Of a stretch of 64,000 nucleotides of DNA, positions 1 to 11,716 are shown in pieces. Origin of the DNA: Longimicrobiales bacterium (lineage in GTDB: Bacteria > Gemmatimonadota > Gemmatimonadetes > Longimicrobiales > Gaopeijiaceae); assembly GCA_965249725.1 (NCBI GenBank), contig CBDFMQ010000002.1:1312001-1376000 (forward strand). The letters are read 5' to 3'. The position numbers and the translations under genes are program-made. Below the pieces are notes generated by a model. That model saw only the letters and a list, made by a program, of their open reading frames with translations. It was not told the origin of the DNA and did no database searches. Each line of letters begins with the position of its first letter. Position 1 is the first letter of the stretch.

Positions 1-1115
1 GTGGCCCGCTTCTGGTCGATACGCGCGTCCTTCGAGAAACCGCTGAAGAGCGGCCAGGTGACCCGCACGCCTGCTTGTCGCGCGTAGGCCCGCTGCATGG
101 AAGACTCCCCGAAGAAATCGGGGCTGCCGTTCTCCTGCGCCGTGATGGCGTAGGTCCCGAAAAGGACGATCTCCGGCAGGTACTGGACCTGTTCGAGCCT
201 CATCTCCGTTTGTCGGAGCTGCTCCATGAGGTCCAGGCCGCGAAGATCCGAACGTTGGCTCTGGGCCATGGTCAGCAGGCGCTCCGGACCGGCGCCCTCC
301 TCGTCCACCCACGCCGAGTAGTCGAGAATCTGACGATTGGCTGCCGAATTCGCGGCACGATCGTCCAGGTCGATATCCGCCAACGAACCGGCCACCCTCA
401 AACTCTCGTCCCCGTCCTGGCCGAGCTCGATACCCAGTTCTCTCGTGGACTGGGATACCGCGTTCTGCGCCCGACGCAGGTTGGGCTCGAGGTTGGCGAG
501 CTCTACCTCCAAGCGTAGAACATCATAGTCGGCGGCCAATCCAGCGTCGTTGAGCGCCCGCGTCTCCGTGAGTGACTGACGGACACGCGCGACCGAGTTC
601 TCCACCAGGCGAGCCTGTTCCTGCGCCAGAAGAAGGCTGTAGTACACGATCCGGACCCTCGTGACCACCGCCTGTGTGCGGCCCCGGACATTCTCGCGCT
701 CGAAGTTTTGGAACCGGCTCGCCGCGCCCACTCCCACGAACACGCCTGGCTTGAACAGCGGCTGCTCAACGTTGATGCTGGTCGTCCAGATGTTGTCCGA
801 GCCGAATCGCACCGGAATCAACTCCGAAGGATCGGCGTCGGGATCGAAGATCACCGCCGGAAGGAAATTCGAAGCGACACTGATATTCCGCGTGTACCCG
901 GCGGACGCATCGATCGTAGGGTACAGAAGCGACCACGCCTCCGAGACCTGCTCCTCGGCGACCTCGAGCCCCATCCGCGCATCGCGGAGGTCCAGGCTCT
1001 CCACCAGGGCCGTATTCACAGCCTCCTCCAGGGTGAGCACCCGTTCCTGGCCCGCCAACCCCTCCACCATCGCCAACCCGATCAGGGCCAAAGCCCCCAC
1101 GATCTGCATCTTCAT
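1..1115 (-). CDS. TolC-family outer membrane efflux protein (3' end runs off window)
   Basis: Not in ORF track because it is open at the edge. Translation from ATG 1115 gives MKMQIVGALALIGLAMVEGLAGQERVLTLEEAVNTALVESLDLRDARM...YPTIDASAGYTRN...SINVEQPLF: signal peptide plus OEP-type motifs. RBS GGAG upstream. Confidence 0.85.
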   Translation of the reverse strand, partial: MKMQIVGALALIGLAMVEGLAGQERVLTLEEAVNTALVESLDLRDARMGLEVAEEQVSEAWSLLYPTIDASAGYTRNISVASNFLPAVIFDPDADPSELIPVRFGSDNIWTTSINVEQPLFKPGVFVGVGAASRFQNFERENVRGRTQAVVTRVRIVYYSLLLAQEQARLVENSVARVRQSLTETRALNDAGLAADYDVLRLEVELANLEPNLRRAQNAVSQSTRELGIELGQDGDESLRVAGSLADIDLDDRAANSAANRQILDYSAWVDEEGAGPERLLTMAQSQRSDLRGLDLMEQLRQTEMRLEQVQYLPEIVLFGTYAITAQENGSPDFFGESSMQRAYARQAGVRVTWPLFSGFSKDARIDQKRA

Positions 1116-1117
1116 AT

Positions 1118-1774
1118 CTAGGTAGTCTCCTGGACCCTGGATCCCTCAGCCTCGAGAGATGCCCGCACGTCTTCACCCATGGCCGCCGCGAACTGCGGCT
1201 CGGCCAATCCCTCCATGAGCCGCCAGCTCGATTCCAGGAAGAGCCGACGGAAAGCGTCCTCGTCGATCCTGAGCAGTCCACGGTGGTAGATGGAAACGAG
1301 TCCATGCGCATGGGCCCATATGGTCCGTGCTACGGTTTCAGGGGAGCCAGTCTTCAGCATCCCCGACTCCATGCCCTCACGCACTCGGTCCACCATGAAC
1401 TGCCCCGCGGCACACGCATGATCCGTGGCCTCGTGAGGCAGTTCTCCGTGGCCCATCAGCTCGTGAGCCGTGTGCAGGAGCTCGTAGTACCGAGGGTGCT
1501 CCAGAGCAAAGGCCAGGTACGATCGCCCGGTCATGCTGAAGCGCTCAACGGGCGTACGCCCGTCCAGAGCCCTGGAGAGGTATTGGGCGAACACCTTGAA
1601 GGCCTCTCCCACCACATCTACCAGCACCATCTCTTTACTCTCGTAGTGCCGGTAGAGAGCGGGGGCAGTGACTCCTACCTGCTTGGCGAGCTTTCGCATG
1701 GACAGGCCTTCGAGCCCTCCAGCCATCAGCAGGTCACACGCCTCCGACAGAATCTCATCTCTTTGTGTAGACAT
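1118..1774 (-). CDS. TetR/AcrR family transcriptional regulator
   Basis: HTH GLEGLSMRKLAKQVGVTAPALYRHY. Start placed at ATG 1774 (MSTQRDEIL), just downstream of a promoter. Confidence 0.92.
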   Translation of the reverse strand: MSTQRDEILSEACDLLMAGGLEGLSMRKLAKQVGVTAPALYRHYESKEMVLVDVVGEAFKVFAQYLSRALDGRTPVERFSMTGRSYLAFALEHPRYYELLHTAHELMGHGELPHEATDHACAAGQFMVDRVREGMESGMLKTGSPETVARTIWAHAHGLVSIYHRGLLRIDEDAFRRLFLESSWRLMEGLAEPQFAAAMGEDVRASLEAEGSRVQETT

Positions 1775-1810
1775 AGTTAACAGTGTAAACAAGATGAAAT
1801 ATCAAGTCAA
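1775..1810 (-). promoter_or_regulatory. Sigma70-type promoter of tetR-tolC with overlapping palindromic operator; leaderless transcript
   Basis: Minus strand reads TTGACT-N17-TACACT-GTTAACT-ATG. Imperfect palindrome GTTAACA-G-TGTAAAC at 1776-1790 overlaps the -10. Confidence 0.75.
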
Positions 1811-1910
1811 CGGCTTATTGTACACAAAGGTGCATTAGGCAATGTGAATGCTGTTCAGAACGAATGAGCCGTGGTTCCCGGGGCAGCCAGGTGGCTCAGG
1901 AGGGGAACAA

Positions 1911-2056
1911 CCGGAGGCGATTTCCGGGGTCGGAGGGCTCCGCTACTGAATACCCTTCACGGTGACCCGGAACACCAACAGGGAAATCGCCGGAGGCGAT
2001 TTCCGGGGTCGGAGGGCTCCGCTACTGAATACCCTTCACGGTGACCCGGAACACCA
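1911..2056. repeat. Exact 67-bp direct repeat (1911-1977 and 1990-2056) duplicating the 3' end of the FKBP gene
   Basis: ccggaggcgatttccggggtcggagggctccgctactgaatacccttcacggtgacccggaacacca occurs twice with a 12-bp spacer. Confidence 0.95.
1982..2004 (-). terminator. Hairpin downstream of FKBP gene, possible terminator
   Basis: GGAAATCGCC-GGA-GGCGATTTCC is a perfect 10-bp stem; only a weak U-tract follows. Confidence 0.45.
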
Positions 2057-2480
2057 GCGTGGAGTTGGCCGGAATGCCACCTACGACCTGATCCCCGTAT
2101 CCGAGAGCCGGGGGAATGACGAGGCTGCGCGTGCCTCCCACTCGCATCCCGATGACACCTTCGTCGAAACCGTCGATCAGGTTGCCCGTCCCGACGGGAA
2201 ATTCGACGTCGGTCCCTGCATCGAACATCGCTCCGTTGGGCAGCCAACCTGCGTAGTCTACCAAGGCGATCGCCCCGGCCTCTACCACCGGCCCGTCACC
2301 GACGGTGAGATCCTGCACGTACAAGCCGCTCGCCGTACGTGTCATGGCGGATAGATCGATCTCGAGCTCGTCCACGAACTCGATGTCCTCGGGGGCCACG
2401 ACCGAGTCAGACCCACAGGCGGCAAGTGATAGCGCCACCATGATGGGCAGGAAGGTCCGGCTCAAGCGTCGATCGGTCAT
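2022..2480 (-). CDS. FKBP-type peptidyl-prolyl cis-trans isomerase, lipoprotein
   Basis: Lipobox LAAC; GFDEGVIGMRVGGTRSLVIPPALGYG...IPANSTLVFRV. Confidence 0.95.
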   Translation of the reverse strand: MTDRRLSRTFLPIMVALSLAACGSDSVVAPEDIEFVDELEIDLSAMTRTASGLYVQDLTVGDGPVVEAGAIALVDYAGWLPNGAMFDAGTDVEFPVGTGNLIDGFDEGVIGMRVGGTRSLVIPPALGYGDQVVGGIPANSTLVFRVTVKGIQ

Positions 2481-2662
2481 TCACCATCTCCAGTATAGTC
2501 AGCAATTCCGGGCGGTCTGTGTGCGGCCGGCTCGGGAGGCCTCACGTAGAAACGCCCGCGGCGAGTGTCCCTCGCCAACATGGAACCCGCATCAGACACT
2601 CTGGGATCCCAAAGAAGTAGTACGACGGAGTCCCTCGACCATGTCGTGGGCCGCTTCCCCGA

Positions 2663-4435
2663 CTACGTCGCGGGCCGCTCGAAGACGATCGTGCCGTTCA
2701 CCATGGTGATCAAGACGCGCAGGTCTCTCAATCGAGTCCCCTCCACCTCCAGAGGGTTCTCCTCGAGCACTGCCAGATCGGCCAAGTATCCCACCTTGAT
2801 CTGGCCCTTGTAGTCCTCCTCGCCGGCTACCCAGGCGTTGTTCACCGTGTAGGCCTTCAGCGCCGACTCGGCGCTGATTCGCTCTTCCGGGAACCAACCA
2901 CCCTCTGGCTGTCCATCCATGGTCTGCCGTGTGACGGCCGCATACATGCCCTGCAGCGGGTTGGAGGTGTACCACGCGGCGTTGGTGCCGGGCCAGTCAC
3001 TCCCGAACGACAAGAGGACCCCAGCATCCTCCAGCGTCTTGAACGCGTAAGCCCACCTGCCCCTCTCCCCGATCCGTTCCTCCATCCAGCGCATGTCGTC
3101 GATCGTGTGGTAGGGCTGCATCTCGGCGATGATGCCCATCTCGGCCTCACGCCGAGCGGTCTCCGGGCCCGAAATCACCTGGTTGTGGATGATGGCGAAG
3201 CGGCGCCCCTCGCGGGGTCCGTTCACGTCGATGACCTTCTGGAAAATGTCGAGGATCGAGTCGATGGCCACGTCGCCGATGGCGTGTACCCGCGGATTGT
3301 AGCCGGCCGAGTCCGCCCCGAAGACGAGCTTCTCCATGTTGCCCGCCGGATCGAATCCGGATCCGTTGTCGGTCACATATCCGGTGTTGTTGATGTTCCG
3401 CCACGAGCCGCGCACTCCCGTGGTCAGGTAGGGCTCGGCGAATCGCGCCGAGGAGCCGCCCATGATTCCGTCGACGAACCCCTTCAGGCCCTGGTAGCGA
3501 ATCCACTCGTCACCGAACCCCTCGACGATGCCTGCGTCGCGCATTTCGTCCCACGTATCCAGGACCAAGCGCATGTTCACTCGTGCAGTCAGCTCCCCAT
3601 TCTGTCGCAGGTGGTGGTAGACCTCCACCTGGCCCGGGGGAGTGATGTCGAAGAAGGTTGTGACTCCATGCTCTGCCAGGCGTGCCAAGGCCACCCGGGC
3701 CTCGGCCATCCGCTGCTCCATGGTCTTGGCTGGGATGGAACGCCTTACGCGTCCAGCCGTCTCGGCGTCGAGTCGACCGGTCGGGACACCGTTCTCGCAC
3801 TCGATGCCTTCCCATGTGCAATCCGCACCCACGGCTTCCAGTGCGGCACCGTTGGCCACGTACTGCGCACGGTCCCAATTCCAGAGCAACGCGGGGTTGC
3901 GTGGGGAGACCGGGTCGATCACGGTGCGGTCCGGTCGAAAGAGCGTCTCCGGCTTGTCGAGATCCTCTCCTCGGCCCGTCGAACTCGACGCCCACTGTTC
4001 ATACGCGCCCCAGCTTCCCCCGGTCATCCAAGCGCCGTCCGGAAGCCGAGTCGAAGCCTCGCGTACCTCGGCGACCAGCCCCTCCTCGTCGGACACCTCG
4101 AGAAGGTTGACGCCGAGCAGCAACTCCCCGGCCCGGCTGAAGTGAGTGTGGTTGTCGATGAATCCGGGCGACAAGAAACGACCATCCAGGTCGATGACCC
4201 GAGTGTCGCTGCCCCGGTACGACGCGACGTCGTCATCCGAACCCACCGCCACGATGCGGTTCCCGACGACCGCAACGGCTTCAGCCCAGGGGCTGTCCGA
4301 ATCGCCTGTCCAGATGCGCCCGCCACTGAAGATGACGTCCGCTTCCTGCGCTCCCAGGTGAATGGGGAGTGACAGGCACAAGGTTAACAAGAATATCAAC
4401 GAAAGCCGGGGCGATCCGCCCGAACCGTGCTTCAT
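2663..4435 (-). CDS. Amidohydrolase family 3 (YtcJ-like) with signal peptide
   Basis: PGFIDNHTH, HAIGD and FGSDWP motifs. Start at ATG 4435 after RBS GGAGG. Confidence 0.9.
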   Translation of the reverse strand: MKHGSGGSPRLSLIFLLTLCLSLPIHLGAQEADVIFSGGRIWTGDSDSPWAEAVAVVGNRIVAVGSDDDVASYRGSDTRVIDLDGRFLSPGFIDNHTHFSRAGELLLGVNLLEVSDEEGLVAEVREASTRLPDGAWMTGGSWGAYEQWASSSTGRGEDLDKPETLFRPDRTVIDPVSPRNPALLWNWDRAQYVANGAALEAVGADCTWEGIECENGVPTGRLDAETAGRVRRSIPAKTMEQRMAEARVALARLAEHGVTTFFDITPPGQVEVYHHLRQNGELTARVNMRLVLDTWDEMRDAGIVEGFGDEWIRYQGLKGFVDGIMGGSSARFAEPYLTTGVRGSWRNINNTGYVTDNGSGFDPAGNMEKLVFGADSAGYNPRVHAIGDVAIDSILDIFQKVIDVNGPREGRRFAIIHNQVISGPETARREAEMGIIAEMQPYHTIDDMRWMEERIGERGRWAYAFKTLEDAGVLLSFGSDWPGTNAAWYTSNPLQGMYAAVTRQTMDGQPEGGWFPEERISAESALKAYTVNNAWVAGEEDYKGQIKVGYLADLAVLEENPLEVEGTRLRDLRVLITMVNGTIVFERPAT

Positions 4436-4594
4436 GGCCGCCTCCAAGTGAGAATCCAGATGTGTCTCTGACTCTACGGGGACCGAATAGGGGGAGCAAG
4501 CTGGAGGATGTGGTGTTTTAACTCCTCTACAGTCGAGCCCGGAGGCGTACGGTGAGGTCGCTCGGGCACTTCCGACGTGCATGCGAGAAGGGGT

Positions 4595-5410
4595 ATGAGA
4601 ATGATCGCTCGGCGAGGGCCATCGAATCGCTTTTTCGTCATCATCGCTTTTGTTGCTGCTCTGGTCCTTCCCCCGGAGTCTCGCGCACAAACGTCGCCCC
4701 AGAGTGACGCTCGTGCAGTCGAGCTCATCGATGCTTGGATCGACGCTCTGGGAGGAATGGCCCACCTCCAGGAGATGGTGACAGCACGCTTCACGCTCAC
4801 CACCGAGCTATACGAGGCCGGTTCGGGGAGACTGCGCAGGACCCGCCCGAGGTACGTCACTATCGCCCGACAACCGGGCGTGTTGGCGGCGCGGATCGAG
4901 CGCTGGGAAGGCGACGACTTCATCGTCCAGACGTGGGATGGTGGCACTGCCCGGGCCTTTCTGAACGGGACGCCCCTCACCTCTGATGACAAGGACCAAC
5001 AAGAGGTCGAGTACGTCGCCGGAGAAGTGAACTACTGGATCCGGCTGCCGCAGAAACTCAAGGACCCGGGTGCCTACCTGCACTACGACGGTGCGGACGC
5101 GTCGGGGCGCCACACGGTCCGCGTGACCTTTGGCGACGGGGTGGGGGACCACCAGGATTCGTACTTCTACTATTTCGTCGATGGGCGGGTCTGGCCGGTG
5201 CAGGTCGACTACCGTGAGGAGGGCAGCGACCATGTCGAACACACGCGATGGGAGGACATCCGTGGTGTGGACGGCTACCACTACGTGGGGGCGCGCATCC
5301 ACTTCGACGACCAGGGACGGGTGTTCAAGATCATTCGCGCGGACGTGGCCGAGGTGAATCCTCAACTGCCGCCCGAGATCTTCTCCGAGTTGGGCGCCCC
5401 CGGCGGCTGA
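4595..5410 (+). CDS. Exported hypothetical protein (beta-rich, DUF6503/LolA-like by resemblance)
   Basis: Signal peptide ending SRA-Q; A(V)ELIDAWIDALGG start and LPQKLKDPG motif. Start uncertain (4595 or 4601). Confidence 0.65.
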   Translation: MRMIARRGPSNRFFVIIAFVAALVLPPESRAQTSPQSDARAVELIDAWIDALGGMAHLQEMVTARFTLTTELYEAGSGRLRRTRPRYVTIARQPGVLAARIERWEGDDFIVQTWDGGTARAFLNGTPLTSDDKDQQEVEYVAGEVNYWIRLPQKLKDPGAYLHYDGADASGRHTVRVTFGDGVGDHQDSYFYYFVDGRVWPVQVDYREEGSDHVEHTRWEDIRGVDGYHYVGARIHFDDQGRVFKIIRADVAEVNPQLPPEIFSELGAPGG

Positions 5411-5469
5411 ACCACCCCCGAGGGTGCGTGCCACTGGGCTGGTAGCGCCCCAAGCACGCCCCGGCGCGA

Positions 5470-6225
5470 TCAATCCGCGGTCGGACTCCGGAGCGACGCT
5501 ACGATGAGGTCGCGGTTGAGCCGGGCGATGTACTTCACGCTGATCCCCTTCGGACAGGCAACCTCGCATGCACCGTGGTTCGTGCAGTTGCCGAACCCTT
5601 CCGCGTCATGGACGCCCACCATGCTCAGAGCGCGGGAGTCGCGCTCCGGCTGCCCCTGAGGCAGGAGGCCGAGGTGTGAGATCTTGGCTGCCGTAAAGAG
5701 CATCGCCGACGCGTTGGGACAGGCCGCCACGCACGCACCGCAGCCGATACAGGTGGCGGCGTCCATGGCGTCGTCCGCCTTGTCCTTCTCGATGGGGAGA
5801 GCGTTTGCATCGGGGGCGCTGCCGGCCCGCACCGATACGAACCCACCCGACTCGATGATACGGTCCAGAGGGGACCGGTCCACGACCAGGTCCCTGAGGA
5901 TCGGGAAGGCGGTGGCACGCCAGGGCTCGATCCAGATGTCGTCGCCATCGCGGAACTCGCGCATGTGCAGCTGGCACGCGGTGATCATGGTCTTGGGGCC
6001 GTGCGGTACCCCGTTGATCATCATGCCACACGCCCCACAGATGCCCTCACGGCAATCGTGCTCGAAGGCGATGGGCTCGGCGCCACCCCGCACGAGAGCT
6101 TCGTTTACCTCGTCCAGCATCTCCAAGAACGACATGTCGGGACTGACGTCCTTCGCCTGGTGCGTCTCGAACGCACCGGTGTGATCAGGCCCGGCCTGCC
6201 GCCATACGTGGAGCGAGAGGTTCAT
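5470..6225 (-). CDS. sdhB: Succinate dehydrogenase/fumarate reductase iron-sulfur subunit
   Basis: [21 protein letters not shown] and [12 protein letters not shown] clusters. Confidence 0.96.
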   Translation of the reverse strand: MNLSLHVWRQAGPDHTGAFETHQAKDVSPDMSFLEMLDEVNEALVRGGAEPIAFEHDCREGICGACGMMINGVPHGPKTMITACQLHMREFRDGDDIWIEPWRATAFPILRDLVVDRSPLDRIIESGGFVSVRAGSAPDANALPIEKDKADDAMDAATCIGCGACVAACPNASAMLFTAAKISHLGLLPQGQPERDSRALSMVGVHDAEGFGNCTNHGACEVACPKGISVKYIARLNRDLIVASLRSPTAD

Positions 6226-8138
6226 CACTTGTAGCTCCTCTGCGACAGCGGCACATACTCGAACTCCAAAGCCTCTCTGTGCCGGAGGGGCTCGTTCCCT
6301 TCGCCCCGATACTCCCAGACGGCGACGTGGGTGAAGTTCTCGTCGTCTCTCCGTGCCTCACCCCCGTCGGTGGTGTGTTCCGAGCGGTAGTGGGCCCCGC
6401 ACGACTCGTCCCTGGTGATGGCGTCGTGACACATGGTCTCCGCAAACTCGAGAAAGTCGGCCACTCGTCCCGCCTTCTCCAGCGATTGGTTCAGCGTCTC
6501 CGCGCTCCCGGGCACACAGACATCTTTCCAGAAGCGTTCTCGGATCTCGGGAATCCGGTCGAGCGCTTCCCGCAGCCCTTCGGCGTTCCGCTCCATCCCG
6601 CAGCGGTTCCACATGAGGTGACCCACTTCCTGATGGAAGTCGTCCACGGTCCGTGAGCCTCCGGTCTCCAACAACCGCCGCGTCTTCTCGTGTACTGCGT
6701 TCTCGACGCTGCGGAACTCGACCGCATCAGGTGTAAGCTCGTCGTGCTTCGTGCGCGCCAGATGATTCCCGATGGTCATCGGAAGGATGAAGTACCCGTC
6801 TGCGAGACCCTGCATCAGCGCGCTGGCCCCGAGTCGGTTGGCACCGTGGTCGGAGAAATTGGCCTCGCCGATCACGAAGAGACCCGGCACCGTACTCTGG
6901 AGATCATAGTCGACCCACAGCCCACCCATCGTGTAGTGAGGCGCCGGATAGATTCGCATGGGTACGCGATACGGGTCCTCCCCCGTGATGTTCTCGTACA
7001 TCTCGAAGAGGTTGCCGTACCGCTCGCTGATGGTATCGCGCCCAAGACGCTCGATGGAGTGTGAGAAGTCGAGGAACACACCGTTCCGGAGGGATCCCGC
7101 ACCGTGCCCGGTGTCCACCATCTCCTTGGACCGCCGCGATGCCACGTCCCGAGGCACCAGGTTGCCGAAGCTGGGATACATGCGCTCCAGGTAGTAGTCG
7201 CGCTCGTCCTCCGGGATGTCGCGGGGTGCCCGCTCGTCACGTTCGCTCCCCGACACCCAGATGCGTCCGTCGTTTCGGAGCGACTCGCTCATGAGGGTGA
7301 GCTTGGACTGATACTCCCCGGGCGGCGGAATACACGTCGGATGAATTTGCGTGAAGCAGGGGTTCGCGAAGCCCGCTCCACGCTTGTGAGCTCTCCACGT
7401 CGCCGTGACGTTACACGCCTTGGCGTTGGTGGATAGGTAGAAGACGTTGGAATACCCTCCGGTCGCCAGGACCACCGCATCACCGGTGTGGGATTCCACC
7501 TTCCCGCTCACCAGATCGCGGGTGACGATGCCTCGGGCCTCGCCCTCCACCAGCACGACGTCGAGCATTTCGTGACGCGTGTGCATCTGCACCATGCCGC
7601 TCTGGACTGCCCGCTGCAGCGCCTGGTAGGCTCCGAGGAGCAACTGCTGCCCCGTCTGCCCGCGGGCGTAGAACGTCCGAGATACCTGTGCACCCCCGAA
7701 GGACCGGTTCGCCAGCAGGCCCCCGTACTCCCGGGCAAAGGGCACACCCTGGGCCACCGCCTGGTCGATGATGTTCTCGCTCACTTCGGCGAGCCGGTAG
7801 ACGTTGGCCTCCCGGGAACGGAAATCTCCGCCCTTCACCGTGTCGTAGAACAGCCGATAGACGCTGTCTCCGTCGTTCTGGTAGTTCTTGGACGCGTTGA
7901 TGCCGCCCTGCGCGGCGATGGAGTGAGCCCGCCTGGCAGAGTCGTGATAGGTGAACACCTTCACGTGGTATCCGAGCTCGGCCATGGTCGCCGCGGCCGC
8001 CGCGCCGGCCAAACCGGTCCCCACCACAATGACCTCGTATTTTCGCTTGTTGGCCGGGTTCACCAGCTTCATGTCGAACTTGTGCTTGTTCCACTTCTGT
8101 TCGATGGGGCCGGCCGGGATTCCTGGATTCAGTTCCAT
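6225..8138 (-). CDS. sdhA: Succinate dehydrogenase/fumarate reductase flavoprotein
   Basis: [18 protein letters not shown] (FAD-His) and HGANRLG motifs. Confidence 0.97.
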   Translation of the reverse strand: MELNPGIPAGPIEQKWNKHKFDMKLVNPANKRKYEVIVVGTGLAGAAAAATMAELGYHVKVFTYHDSARRAHSIAAQGGINASKNYQNDGDSVYRLFYDTVKGGDFRSREANVYRLAEVSENIIDQAVAQGVPFAREYGGLLANRSFGGAQVSRTFYARGQTGQQLLLGAYQALQRAVQSGMVQMHTRHEMLDVVLVEGEARGIVTRDLVSGKVESHTGDAVVLATGGYSNVFYLSTNAKACNVTATWRAHKRGAGFANPCFTQIHPTCIPPPGEYQSKLTLMSESLRNDGRIWVSGSERDERAPRDIPEDERDYYLERMYPSFGNLVPRDVASRRSKEMVDTGHGAGSLRNGVFLDFSHSIERLGRDTISERYGNLFEMYENITGEDPYRVPMRIYPAPHYTMGGLWVDYDLQSTVPGLFVIGEANFSDHGANRLGASALMQGLADGYFILPMTIGNHLARTKHDELTPDAVEFRSVENAVHEKTRRLLETGGSRTVDDFHQEVGHLMWNRCGMERNAEGLREALDRIPEIRERFWKDVCVPGSAETLNQSLEKAGRVADFLEFAETMCHDAITRDESCGAHYRSEHTTDGGEARRDDENFTHVAVWEYRGEGNEPLRHREALEFEYVPLSQRSYK

Positions 8139-8145
8139 GGTGCCC

Positions 8146-8838
8146 CTATCGGAGAATTCCGATCAGTGCCGCCCAGGGCACTGACAGGAATCCGCCAACC
8201 ATGACGAAAGTGAGTACGGACGCGAGTGGACGACGGATATCGTCGTACCTGGGATGGCTGACACCCAGGGTCTGGAAGATGCTCCAGAGCCCGTGGTACA
8301 GGTGCAGCCCGAGGGCCAGCGTCGCCACGGTATAGGCACCGACGACGACGGGGTTCTGGAAGCCGATGACGAGGTTGCGATACACGGCGCCGTGCTCGAA
8401 GTCCGGATGGGCCGAACCGACCGTCATGTGCAGAAGATGGTAGATGATGTAGAGCAGGATGATCACCCCACCCCATCGCATCGTCCTCGACGCATATGTG
8501 AAGGAGATCGACTCCTCCCTGGTGTACTGCGTCGTACGGGCCGCTCGGCTCTTCAGATAGAGCTGTGTCGCGGACACGATGTGCATGCCGATCAACGCCA
8601 ACATGACCAGCCGGATCCCCCAGAGGGTCACCCCCTCGGGGAGTATCGGCTCGCCCATCGTGCGGAGGAACTCCGCATACTCGTCGATGTGGTGGATGCC
8701 GGCTTCGTTGGCACCCAGGAAGGCCTTCAGGTTGCCGACCATGTGGCCGAAGAGCCAACCGACGATGAGCAGGCCGGATACGGCCATGGTGGTCTTCTTC
8801 CCCACCGATGACCCGTACAGTGTGAATACTCGACGCAT
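8146..8838 (-). CDS. sdhC: Succinate dehydrogenase cytochrome b subunit (single anchor type)
   Basis: Five TM segments with conserved His (GHMVGNL, MHI, YHLLH, LHLYHG); directly upstream of sdhA. Confidence 0.92.
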   Translation of the reverse strand: MRRVFTLYGSSVGKKTTMAVSGLLIVGWLFGHMVGNLKAFLGANEAGIHHIDEYAEFLRTMGEPILPEGVTLWGIRLVMLALIGMHIVSATQLYLKSRAARTTQYTREESISFTYASRTMRWGGVIILLYIIYHLLHMTVGSAHPDFEHGAVYRNLVIGFQNPVVVGAYTVATLALGLHLYHGLWSIFQTLGVSHPRYDDIRRPLASVLTFVMVGGFLSVPWAALIGILR

Positions 8839-8918
8839 GGTGTCTCCCACCGGTCAGCGCCGGCCGTGCTCCGAGCCGCTGAAGAGACGGAGCCTGGGCT
8901 CCGAGCGGCCCCGGGGCG

Positions 8919-9971
<1,053 letters not shown>

Positions 9972-10952
9972 TCAGCCGCCGGTCTCGGAGAGGGCCACGA
10001 GACCCCCAGAGCCTTCGTCACTCCCCTGGATCAGGTAGTGTCGCTCAGGCTTTGTGCGCAGCGTCTCTTCAATGAGCGGAACCAGGTCGGATCCCTCCCG
10101 AAGAGGGTCTCGGAGGTTGGTCTGTTGAGCCCCGAATAGGCACGGGCGAAGCTGGCCGTCGGCTGTGAGACGCATGCGGTTGCAGCGGTCGCAGTAGTTG
10201 TGGCTCATCGGCGTTATGACTCCAACCGTGCCACGCCCGTCAGGGAAGCGGAAGTACGTCGCGGGGCCGTTCCCGGCGGGACCCTCGGCGGGCTCGAGGT
10301 CTCCTAGCCTGCGGATCCTCTTCAAGGCGTCCTGGCAAGAGACGAAGTTCTGCGCGCTCAGTTCCAGGTTCGAACCCGTCGGCATGAGCTCGATGAAACG
10401 CACGTGCCAGGGTCTGTGTCTCGTGATCAGGGCGAAGGCCTCGATCTCGTCGTCGTTCTGTCCGCCGATGAGCACGACGTTGATCTTGATGGGCTCGAAC
10501 CCGAGGTTCTCGGCGGCTTCGAGGCCGTCCATGATGCGCGAGAACGAGTTGGGGCGTCGTGCGATCGCGTCCACGCGGTCGGCCCGCAGCGAATCCAGTG
10601 AGATGTTGACGCGATTCACTCCCGCGTCCCTCAGCATCTCGCCCTGATCGGCCAGGAGAACGGCATTGGTAGAGAGCGAGATGTCCTCGATCTCGGGAAT
10701 GGCCGACAGCATGCGGACCAGTGAGGGCAGGTCCTTTCTCACCAGAGGCTCCCCACCGGTGATGCGCACCCTCTTGAGGCCCATCCCGGCCATGACCTGG
10801 ACGATGCGTGCGATCTCCTCGTAGCTGAGCAGGCTCTCCCGCTTGAGCCAGTCGAGGCCTTCTAGGGGCATGCAGTAGACGCACCGGAGATTGCATTTGT
10901 CGGTCACCGAGATGCGCAGATACTCCACGCTGCGGCCGAATTGATCGATCAT
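9972..10952 (-). CDS. moaA: GTP 3',8-cyclase (radical SAM)
   Basis: YLRISVTDKCNLRCVYCMP, CDRCNRMRLTADG and C-terminal GG. Confidence 0.96.
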   Translation of the reverse strand: MIDQFGRSVEYLRISVTDKCNLRCVYCMPLEGLDWLKRESLLSYEEIARIVQVMAGMGLKRVRITGGEPLVRKDLPSLVRMLSAIPEIEDISLSTNAVLLADQGEMLRDAGVNRVNISLDSLRADRVDAIARRPNSFSRIMDGLEAAENLGFEPIKINVVLIGGQNDDEIEAFALITRHRPWHVRFIELMPTGSNLELSAQNFVSCQDALKRIRRLGDLEPAEGPAGNGPATYFRFPDGRGTVGVITPMSHNYCDRCNRMRLTADGQLRPCLFGAQQTNLRDPLREGSDLVPLIEETLRTKPERHYLIQGSDEGSGGLVALSETGG

Positions 10953-10954
10953 GG

Positions 10955-11410
10955 CTATTCGGCCTCCCGGGAAGGGACGACCGGCGTGGCCCCAGCCACC
11001 CATTCTTCCACCCCGTCGCTGTAGCGCTCCTTCTTCCAGACCGGGAGTCTCTTCTTGATCTCTTCGATGATGAACCGAGAACCCTCGTAGGCCTGGGCCC
11101 GGTGTGGACTCGAAACCGCAATGGCCACGCTGACCTCGCCCACCGCCAAGTCACCTACACGGTGCACCACGGCGATGCGGTCGGTGCCCACCACGCTGGA
11201 GGCTTCACCCACAATCTCTGCGAGGACAGCGACGGCCATCTCCTCGTAAGCGTCGTAGCGCACACCGCCCACAGAGCGACCCTCATTGTGATCCCGGACC
11301 ACCCCAACGAACAGGAGGCCGGCTCCATCTTCGTCGGCTCCCACCCGAGCCAGAACCTCGGCCGGATCGATGGGGTCCCGAACCACCGTAGCGAAGCCCA
11401 CGTCAGCCAC
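10955..11410 (-). CDS. moaE: Molybdopterin synthase catalytic subunit
   Basis: HRVG...SSPHR...KKRLPVWKKE. Confidence 0.95.
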   Translation of the reverse strand: MADVGFATVVRDPIDPAEVLARVGADEDGAGLLFVGVVRDHNEGRSVGGVRYDAYEEMAVAVLAEIVGEASSVVGTDRIAVVHRVGDLAVGEVSVAIAVSSPHRAQAYEGSRFIIEEIKKRLPVWKKERYSDGVEEWVAGATPVVPSREAE

Positions 11411-11648
11411 CCGCTACCGGAGGAATGAGCGCCACTTCGTCGCCGTCGGTGAGAGGCACAGCCGAATCCGCATAGCTGTGGTTCACGGCCACGGCAGGAT
11501 CCGGAGGAAGTACGGTGAACGCACCCCCACGAGATCGAAGCGTCGATACGAGGTCAGACACGGTCGCCCCTTCGGGGAGATCGAGGCTGAGCTCTTTGGT
11601 ACCGAGGAGCTCTCTATACGAGGCGAAGAAAAGGGTTCGGATTTCCAC
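11403..11648 (-). CDS. moaD: Molybdopterin synthase sulfur carrier subunit
   Basis: Ubiquitin-like; ends DGDEVALIPPVAGG. Confidence 0.95.
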   Translation of the reverse strand: MEIRTLFFASYRELLGTKELSLDLPEGATVSDLVSTLRSRGGAFTVLPPDPAVAVNHSYADSAVPLTDGDEVALIPPVAGG

Positions 11649-11716
11649 GGATTGGGGGCGCCCGGAACAGGGATGGTCTCAGGAGAGCGGGAATGTCTCC
11701 GGAAACAGGAATCGTC

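Noticed and set aside
1911..2056. Possible CRISPR array
   Set aside because: Only two copies, 67 bp long with a 12-bp spacer, derived from coding sequence; no cas genes in the window.
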